Of a stretch of 13,937 nt of DNA, positions 7,411-13,937 are shown one piece after another. This stretch comes from Candidatus Hodarchaeota archaeon (GTDB lineage: Archaea > Asgardarchaeota > Lokiarchaeia > Sigyniarchaeales > SOKP01). Position 1 is the stretch's first letter, and every line of letters begins with the position of its first letter. A model generated the notes under the pieces. It ran no database searches. It worked only from the letters and a program-made list of their open reading frames with translations, and had not been told where the DNA came from. The translations under genes and the position numbers were made by a program. The DNA is taken from positions 3,423-17,359 of the forward strand of contig JBHLJY010000035.1 in NCBI GenBank assembly GCA_048887225.1. The letters are read 5' to 3'.

Positions 7411-8184
7411 ATGCCAAGAAAGCCAAGAAAAGCCCCTGAGAGGGTAGAAGAAGCTCTTGATATATATTCAACTTGGGATGTAAGAGTGGCACGCCTCTTT
7501 TACTATTCCTTTGTATTAGCAGCAATTATTATCATGCTAGGAACATGGATTTCACTTATTGCAGGAATCCCTGTCAATATATGGGATTGGTATTTGAGAC
7601 TTGATGTAGGATTCCAAGTTGCAATTATTGGTGCTATAATAACAGCACATTTATTAGTATTAGTTTTATTCTATGCCATGTTTAGAGGCGGAATTTATAG
7701 AATGTGTAGAGTTTTATACAAAAATCGCTTAGTCGCTAAGAAATATGAAGATCAAACAGTGTTAAGATGGTTAGTCGGCGTCATGCTATTAGGTATATAT
7801 TTTACTTTATTTGCTGTTATAATAGGTATATTAACAGTAGATTTCTGGACATGGCTAGATACTATTTGGAAATGGATGGTTGATAATTTTAATGTAGGAC
7901 ATTGGATTTTGTGGCTTGGTCTTGTAGTTCTTTCAGTAATTTTATTCTTCTTCTTTATGTTTGTCATCTGGAATCATATTGTATTTTTAGTTCTAAGACT
8001 TATAACTAGAACCAAAGAAGAAGAAGAAATTGATATTGAAATAAAGAAAGAGCAAATTAGTAAATTGAGCGAAGAAGACCGTAGAAAAGCATATAGGAAA
8101 GAAACAGGAAAAGTAGCAACCTATCGAGGAAGAGAAACTAGAGGATATAAAAGCTGGAAAAAGAAAATGGACGTAAGAGAATAA
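7411..8184 (+). CDS. Hypothetical integral membrane protein (about 4 TM helices) with a charged C-terminal domain
   Basis: 257-aa ORF with four long hydrophobic stretches and Trp-rich loops. Confidence 0.75.
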   Translation: MPRKPRKAPERVEEALDIYSTWDVRVARLFYYSFVLAAIIIMLGTWISLIAGIPVNIWDWYLRLDVGFQVAIIGAIITAHLLVLVLFYAMFRGGIYRMCRVLYKNRLVAKKYEDQTVLRWLVGVMLLGIYFTLFAVIIGILTVDFWTWLDTIWKWMVDNFNVGHWILWLGLVVLSVILFFFFMFVIWNHIVFLVLRLITRTKEEEEIDIEIKKEQISKLSEEDRRKAYRKETGKVATYRGRETRGYKSWKKKMDVRE

Positions 8185-8258
8185 ATGAATAATAATTTTA
8201 AAAAATAGAATAAAAAAATTAAATACATTTATTAAAAACTCTTTTTTTAAATTTTCTT

Positions 8259-9119
8259 TTATCTCCTTATCATCCGAGGATTTTTAAAGAGATCTAATTC
8301 GAATTTTGGAGGTTTAAATTCAGTAGTTCCTGTATTTTTCATTATTTTATAAAATTTTTTAAGTTCCTTATAGATCTCTTTCATAAAAAAGCAAATACAT
8401 CCAAAAAGGATGAGTATCATTATAAAAGTTTTGTCTTTTGCATAATTTTCATTGTATATCTCTATCTCTACATCTTTAGTGACTCTTTGATGGTCAACTC
8501 TTCCAATTACCGTGTCTCCTAAGTGAATATTGTAATCGTTTCCAAAACCAATTGTACCTTTTGCAATAACTAATTGGAGCTGATCTTCTTTTTCTTCTGG
8601 AATTAGAGGGAAACTCCAACGAGTTCTAAACCAACGATGACCACGGACTATACGAGCCATCATTGGGGTACCAGGCAAATGAGTAAAAAATACAGGAGCA
8701 GCATATTTTACCTCAACACTTTGAACTAAAGAATGCGTATAACTTAATTCTATACCTCCTTTAAAATTTCCACCTTTCTGAGCACCCATCTTTTCCTCCA
8801 TTATTGTAAATAGGCGTAATACAAGTCTTTTTTTATCTTCATGGAAGTTTTCCTTGTTGTAAGCGATGATATATTTTTTTTCACCATCAATCTCAACAAG
8901 TCCTTCAATATCAAAGGTCTTGGAAAACCAACGCGTTTTAGCTTGATATTTCATTTGTTGATAAACACCTAATTCTTCAGCGTGTAATCTTGTACGCCAT
9001 AAATTACATCTAATTTTTTTGTAAACAGTATGTTTTGGTTTTTCTTGCTCAATAACTTCCTCCGCTTCAACCTCCTCATCTTTGGGTGGTTTTTTCTTTA
9101 CTGGTTTCTTTTTAGCCAT
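8259..9119 (-). CDS. Hypothetical protein, possible LURP1/Tubby/scramblase-like fold
   Basis: 286-aa ORF with GTGA SD-like motif upstream. Beta-strand-like pattern ends in NDYNI..IGRVD followed by one hydrophobic helix (FIMILILFGCICFF). The fold call is tentative. Confidence 0.6.
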   Translation of the reverse strand: MAKKKPVKKKPPKDEEVEAEEVIEQEKPKHTVYKKIRCNLWRTRLHAEELGVYQQMKYQAKTRWFSKTFDIEGLVEIDGEKKYIIAYNKENFHEDKKRLVLRLFTIMEEKMGAQKGGNFKGGIELSYTHSLVQSVEVKYAAPVFFTHLPGTPMMARIVRGHRWFRTRWSFPLIPEEKEDQLQLVIAKGTIGFGNDYNIHLGDTVIGRVDHQRVTKDVEIEIYNENYAKDKTFIMILILFGCICFFMKEIYKELKKFYKIMKNTGTTEFKPPKFELDLFKNPRMIRR

Positions 9120-9259
9120 ATGTAATCACTTTTTTTTAATTATAAATTTTCTTTATAAATTAAATTTCATTGGATTGTTTATAATTTTTACTTAAGCTTT
9201 TATAGTTCGTGAATTGAATTTAAAAAAGACAGAAGATCATATCTAATTATTGCTAATCT

Positions 9260-9523
9260 TTATTTCGAACCTAATTGCTTTTGGATATCTATATATATCG
9301 GAAGCTCCTTCCCCTTTTGTTTAATAACAACCCTTAATAATTTTCCTTCAATAGAGGAGCTTATTAATTCAATTTTTTCCTCTTTTTCTCCAGGGATTTT
9401 TTCAGTACTTAAACAAACATGTCTTTCTTCATAAAGGATGCAATATGAGCAGCAAAAACCGATTGGCATATAACCTACAATAGAGCATTTTTCGTAATTG
9501 TCACAATTACAGTTAAGACACAT
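9260..9523 (-). CDS. Small Cys-rich putative metal-binding protein
   Basis: 87 aa with 8 Cys in the first 37 residues (CLNCNC..C..CCSYC..HVC). Fills an otherwise gene-free gap. Confidence 0.65.
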   Translation of the reverse strand: MCLNCNCDNYEKCSIVGYMPIGFCCSYCILYEERHVCLSTEKIPGEKEEKIELISSSIEGKLLRVVIKQKGKELPIYIDIQKQLGSK

Positions 9524-9710
9524 TATAAATTAATTATTAATTCTTTCATATATAAATGTGTTGATCGATTTTAATAAAAATTATGTTTAAAAAGAGAAAA
9601 TTTTAATATATTTGATCGGTAAATTTACATAAAGAGTAATTTTTAGATAATTATTAAATTTAAAAATATTCTTTAAATTTATCCTTTCAATTAAATACAT
9701 AAGATAAATC

Positions 9711-10208
9711 ATGAGTGTAATTAATTTTGATTTTAGAAACCAAGTTATTAAGCATAATGCTTCTTTAAGTTATTGTTATCAATGTTCAACTTGTTCGGGT
9801 GGTTGTCCTGTTGCTTTAATAACTAATGGCGAGTACAACCCGAGAAAAATTATTGAATTATCAATATTAGGACTTCAAGATAAATTAGTTGAAAAACAAG
9901 AACCAAATTCTTGGTTGTGTTCGACTTGTCAGAAATGTGTTGAATTATGCCCTCAAAAAGTTGAGTTGACGGAAATTTTTACTTTAATTAAAAATAAATG
10001 TTTTGAAACAGGAAAGGTTCCTGAGGCTTTTTTAGCACAAGCTCAAGCTGTTTTAGACAATGGGATTGCGATTCCATATTCTAAGGCAATTTTAACGCGA
10101 AGGGAGAAGTTAGGGCTTCCACCAATAAAAATTGCTCCGATTGCTGAGATAAAATCAATATTAGAAGAGACGCATTTTGATAGTAATCTTTTAAAGGGAG
10201 GAAAATAA
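9711..10208 (+). CDS. hdrC: Heterodisulfide reductase subunit C (second copy)
   Basis: CYQCSTCSGGCP and CSTCQKCVELCP; clearly paralogous to 2753-3247. Confidence 0.9.
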   Translation: MSVINFDFRNQVIKHNASLSYCYQCSTCSGGCPVALITNGEYNPRKIIELSILGLQDKLVEKQEPNSWLCSTCQKCVELCPQKVELTEIFTLIKNKCFETGKVPEAFLAQAQAVLDNGIAIPYSKAILTRREKLGLPPIKIAPIAEIKSILEETHFDSNLLKGGK

Positions 10209-10211
10209 ATT

Positions 10212-11087
10212 ATGGCTTACGATTTGTTTTTAGGTTGCGTAATTCCCGCAAGATTACCTTATTTAGAGGTATCCTCAAGGAAAATATTCGAAAAACTTGG
10301 GATAGAATTGCGTGACGTTAACGGATTTAGTTGTTGCCCTGATCCTACCGGAATTGAGTTAATTGACCATAAAACTTGGTTGGCTTTAGGGGCCAGAAAT
10401 TTGAGTTTATGTAATAAAAATGGAGGGTTAATATCTTTTTGTTCTGGTTGCGTCGAAACCTTAAAAGGAGTAAATTATTACCTAAACAAGGAATCCCATA
10501 TGAAAGAAGAAGTAAATCAAATCTTAAAAAAAGTTGGAAAAACTTATGATGGTAGCGTGGAAGTAAAACACTTTGCTCAAATTTTATATGAATATATAGA
10601 CAAGGTCAAACTTTATGTTGAAAAGCCTTTAAATGGCTTTAAGGTTGCCGTTCATTATGGGTGTCATTATTTAAGACCTTCAGAGATTATAAAATGGGAT
10701 GATCCCTTTGAGCCGGTTACTATAGACGAGATTGTTAAAGCACTTGGAGCCGAGTCAGTAGAATATGATATGAAAATGGAGTGCTGCGGCAATCCCGTAG
10801 ATAAATCTGATAAGGACTTATCTCTCTTAATGATAGATCAGAAATTAAAAGCAATACAAGAAGCGGGAGCAAATTGTGTTGTAGTTGTTTGTCCAGCTTG
10901 TTACCAACAATATGAATTTAATCAACGCGAGCTTAACAAGAGAAATGATTCTAATTATGAATTTCCTATTTTTTATCTCTCCGAGTTAGTTGCTCTAGCA
11001 TTTGGATATAAACCAGAAGTACTTGGATTTAATTTTCACAGAATTAAACCTAATGTGTTATTTGAAAATGTGAACTTTTCATCTTAA
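10212..11087 (+). CDS. hdrB: Heterodisulfide reductase subunit B (second copy)
   Basis: GC..CCPDP..CSGC and HYGCH..CCGNP..CPAC CCG domains. Confidence 0.93.
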   Translation: MAYDLFLGCVIPARLPYLEVSSRKIFEKLGIELRDVNGFSCCPDPTGIELIDHKTWLALGARNLSLCNKNGGLISFCSGCVETLKGVNYYLNKESHMKEEVNQILKKVGKTYDGSVEVKHFAQILYEYIDKVKLYVEKPLNGFKVAVHYGCHYLRPSEIIKWDDPFEPVTIDEIVKALGAESVEYDMKMECCGNPVDKSDKDLSLLMIDQKLKAIQEAGANCVVVVCPACYQQYEFNQRELNKRNDSNYEFPIFYLSELVALAFGYKPEVLGFNFHRIKPNVLFENVNFSS

Positions 11088-11133
11088 TATTTATGATAAA
11101 AAATTACTAAATTATAAAGTGATTTGAAAATTT

Positions 11134-12267
11134 ATGGCAGATGTAAAACCTAAAAAAGCCTTGATTGAGGATATTAAAATTTTTAAGGATTTAGAGGATA
11201 AAATTATAAAAACCGATAAATGCTGTGCTTGTGGCGCCTGTGTAGCTTACTGTTTAAGTCAAGGATTTGATGTCATTAAAATGGAAGGATATACGCCTCA
11301 ATTTATTTCAGACGCCAATGTAGATAATTGTAAAGAATGTGGAGTTTGTTATTACATATGCCCTCAAACTGATCCTTTAATTGATAAAATAACAGATTTA
11401 TATCGTATTAAAGATGAGCTTGGTTATGTTCACGACATCATTGCTGCAAAAACAACAGACGAGAAAATAAAGGAAGTTGGACAAGATGGTGGTTTGGTTA
11501 CAACACTTTTGATGTATCTATTTGATAAAAATAAAATAGATGCCGCAATTGTTTCAGAATATGATAATAATTTCAATCCGATACCAAAAATAGTGTATAA
11601 TAAAGAAGATTTATTAAAATCGTCTGGGACAAGATATTCTATATCCTCAAATATCTTACCTTTAAAAGATTTGTATGATATAGCTGAAGAGATTGTTAAA
11701 AAACAGAAGCAAATTTATGATCTTAATCAAATACGCATGGCTTTTGTAGGAACTCCTTGTCAATGCAGAGCTATTAGAAAAATGCAGCTATTAAACGTTA
11801 GTCCTTCTCATGTTATTAAATACGTGTTTGGCTTATTTTGTATGGAGAATTTTGATTATAATAAATTATTTGAGCTTGTAAAGGCTGAGACCAACGAGGT
11901 TCCTATAAATATAGCAAAGATGAATATCAAAAAGAACTTTTTTATCACGAACAAAGCAAATCAAGTACATGAAGTAGAGCTTAAGAAGTTTGATCCAGCA
12001 GTTAGAAATCATTGCCATGAATGCGACGAATTTACAAGTAGATTTTCGGACTTAAGTTTTGGAGGTTCTGGAGCAGTTCAACAAAATTCAATGATCATTA
12101 TCAGAACAGAAAAAGGTCAGGAATTAATTAAAGATTTAATTATAAACGGCTATATTGAAAAATTTATCCCAAAAACAATGACAATTTCTGAATGGAAAAC
12201 AAAAAAACTCGGTTTACTCAGAAAAATGACATCTAATAAAATTAACAAACAAAAAGAGGATGGATAA
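11134..12267 (+). CDS. F420 hydrogenase/dehydrogenase beta-subunit family protein (FrhB/FpoF-like) with an N-terminal ferredoxin domain
   Basis: N-terminal CCACGACVAYC and CKECGVCYYICP; FrhB motifs GQDGGLVT, GTRYS, VGTPCQ, GLFCMENF and CHEC..DLSFG. Confidence 0.88.
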   Translation: MADVKPKKALIEDIKIFKDLEDKIIKTDKCCACGACVAYCLSQGFDVIKMEGYTPQFISDANVDNCKECGVCYYICPQTDPLIDKITDLYRIKDELGYVHDIIAAKTTDEKIKEVGQDGGLVTTLLMYLFDKNKIDAAIVSEYDNNFNPIPKIVYNKEDLLKSSGTRYSISSNILPLKDLYDIAEEIVKKQKQIYDLNQIRMAFVGTPCQCRAIRKMQLLNVSPSHVIKYVFGLFCMENFDYNKLFELVKAETNEVPINIAKMNIKKNFFITNKANQVHEVELKKFDPAVRNHCHECDEFTSRFSDLSFGGSGAVQQNSMIIIRTEKGQELIKDLIINGYIEKFIPKTMTISEWKTKKLGLLRKMTSNKINKQKEDG

Positions 12268-13573
12268 TTTGGGTAAAAATTCTAAATCTGTTCTTATTAT
12301 CGGAGCAGGGATTGCTGGCATTCAAGCTGCTTTAGATCTTGGAGATATGGGAATTAGCGTTATTTTAATTGAGAAAAATCCTTGTATTGGTGGTAGGATG
12401 GCACAATTAGATAAGACATTTCCCACATTAGATTGCTCAATTTGTATTCTTGCTCCTAAACTTTCAGAATGTTATAGACATCCCAATATAACACTTTATA
12501 CTCTTTCTGAACTACAAAAAGTAGAAGGATCTGCTGGAAATTTTTCAGTAGATATTCTTAAACACGCACGTTATGTTATTGAAAAAGAATGTACAAATTG
12601 CGGTGATTGTGGAAATATTTGTCCAGTAAAAGGAATAACCAATTTTTTTGATGCTGATTTAGTTACTCAATCAGCAGTAAATATCCCATTTCCTTCAGCA
12701 GTTCCTCCCGTTTATAGTATTGATAAATCAAAATGTTTATATTTAAATTATGGGATATGTGGATTATGTTATCAAGCATGTGGTCGGGATGCTATCGATT
12801 TTACTCAAAAAGATGAAATACTTAATATTGATAATATTGGTGCGATAGTTGTTGCAACAGGATTAGATTTAGCAGAAGATATTCATTCATTAAATATCTA
12901 TGGATATGAAAAATATGATAATGTAATTACAGCCATAGAACTTGAAAGACTAATATGTGCTTCAGGACCACAAGAGGGTCATTTATCAAGATTATCGGAT
13001 GGTAAACATCCTAAAAAGATTGCTTTTCTGCAATGTATAGATTCTAGAACTCAGAGAGGGCAGAAATATTGTTCTTCTATTTGTTGTATGTATACTACAA
13101 AAGAAGCAATGATAGCATATGAACATGATAATGAGCTAGAATCTTACATATTTTATATTGATATGAGGGCAGGAGGTAAAGGTTTTCAAAAATTTCTCCG
13201 AAGAGGAGCTGAAGAATATAATATAAAGTATATAAAAAGCAAAATAGCTCAAATTCAAGTTGACGAGAATGATAATCCAATTATTATATATGAAGATATA
13301 AATACCTCAGAAATTAAGCAGTTAAAAGTAGATTTAGTTGTATTAGCAACTTGTATTATTCCTTCACAGGGTTTAGAGAAATTAGCAAAAATATTAGGTG
13401 TTGAGTTAAACGAATACAATTTTGTCAAGACTAACCCTTTTACACCAGTAGAAACGAATGTTGAAGGAATTTTTACCTGTGGATGTGCTCGAGAACCCAT
13501 GGATATTCCACGCTCTGTTGCTGAAGCAAGCGGTGCGGCAGCGCGTGCCGCAGAAATGATAAGAGGAGGTTGA
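12260..13573 (+). CDS. hdrA: Heterodisulfide reductase subunit A-like flavoprotein, short form lacking the N-terminal FeS domain and C-terminal ferredoxin
   Basis: GAGIAG FAD motif, DKTFPTLDCSIC, inserted ferredoxin CTNCGDCGNICP, LQCIDSR..YCSSICC, FYIDMR, GIFTCG..PMDIP. Overlaps the upstream gene by 8 nt. Confidence 0.9.
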   Translation: MDNLGKNSKSVLIIGAGIAGIQAALDLGDMGISVILIEKNPCIGGRMAQLDKTFPTLDCSICILAPKLSECYRHPNITLYTLSELQKVEGSAGNFSVDILKHARYVIEKECTNCGDCGNICPVKGITNFFDADLVTQSAVNIPFPSAVPPVYSIDKSKCLYLNYGICGLCYQACGRDAIDFTQKDEILNIDNIGAIVVATGLDLAEDIHSLNIYGYEKYDNVITAIELERLICASGPQEGHLSRLSDGKHPKKIAFLQCIDSRTQRGQKYCSSICCMYTTKEAMIAYEHDNELESYIFYIDMRAGGKGFQKFLRRGAEEYNIKYIKSKIAQIQVDENDNPIIIYEDINTSEIKQLKVDLVVLATCIIPSQGLEKLAKILGVELNEYNFVKTNPFTPVETNVEGIFTCGCAREPMDIPRSVAEASGAAARAAEMIRGG

Positions 13574-13581
13574 GAAAAAAT

Positions 13582-13937
13582 ATGTCAAATGATGAAGAGA
13601 TTAGAATTGGCGTTTTTATTTGTAATTGCGGCTCTAACATTGGTGGCTTGATTGATTGTAGCGCAGTTGCTGAATATGCTAAGACTTTACCAAACGTTGT
13701 ATATTCAGAAGATAATCTCTACACTTGCTCAGAAACCGGTTTAGCAAGTATTAAAAAAGCAGTTAATGAAAATAATTTAAATCGAGTAATAGTCGCTGCT
13801 TGTACACCTAGAACTCATGAACCCTTATTTCGAGCATGTATTGAGGAAGAGGGATTAAATCCATATCTCTTTAATTTTGTAAATATTAGAGATCAAGATA
13901 CATGGGTTCATATGAAATTTCCACAAGAAGCTTTCGA
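13582..13937 (+). CDS. hdrA: Second HdrA-family protein, N-terminal part (3'-partial)
   Basis: Manual translation: MSNDEEIRIGVFICNCGSNIGG...YTCSETG...VAACTPRTHEPLF...NIRDQDTWVH, the canonical HdrA N-terminus. GGAGGT at 13565-13570 upstream. Runs off the window. Confidence 0.92.
   Translation, partial: MSNDEEIRIGVFICNCGSNIGGLIDCSAVAEYAKTLPNVVYSEDNLYTCSETGLASIKKAVNENNLNRVIVAACTPRTHEPLFRACIEEEGLNPYLFNFVNIRDQDTWVHMKFPQEAF

Noticed and set aside
9137-9164. Imperfect AT-only inverted repeat upstream of the 286-aa gene
   Set aside because: Expected by chance in very AT-rich intergenic DNA.
13571-13581. Readthrough of the hdrA TGA stop fusing it to the next hdrA
   Set aside because: The next gene is in a different frame and has its own GGAGGT SD. 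No SECIS is seen.
2284-13588. Remaining short (60-83 aa) ORFs in the track overlapping larger genes on the opposite strand
   Set aside because: They are antisense shadows with no recognisable motifs.
1-13937. CRISPR arrays, tRNA/rRNA genes, mobile elements
   Set aside because: No regularly spaced repeats, cloverleaf-like sequences or transposase/integrase ORFs were seen by eye.

Overview
AT-rich archaeal window, most likely from an Asgard archaeon (Lokiarchaeia-like; inferred from gene content and the eukaryote-like SECIS). It holds two heterodisulfide-reductase clusters. Cluster 1 (1-4400) is a group 3c hydrogenase/Hdr operon: vhuG(mvhG)-vhuA-hdrC-hdrB, followed by a small gene missing from the ORF track (4191-4340). 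This gene encodes a VhuU-type selenoprotein (in-frame UGA in RCFDCULSCAAH) that supplies the C-terminal Ni-binding motif absent from VhuA. It is followed by a eukaryote-type SECIS hairpin whose AUGA core contains the gene's own UGA stop codon. The middle region encodes a haloalkane dehalogenase, an MtaB-type tRNA methylthiotransferase, a LITAF-like zinc-ribbon protein, a 4-TM membrane protein, a putative LURP1/Tubby/scramblase-fold protein and a Cys-rich small protein. Cluster 2 (9711-end) is hdrC-hdrB-frhB/fpoF-like-short hdrA-second hdrA (partial), a putative F420H2-linked Hdr complex.
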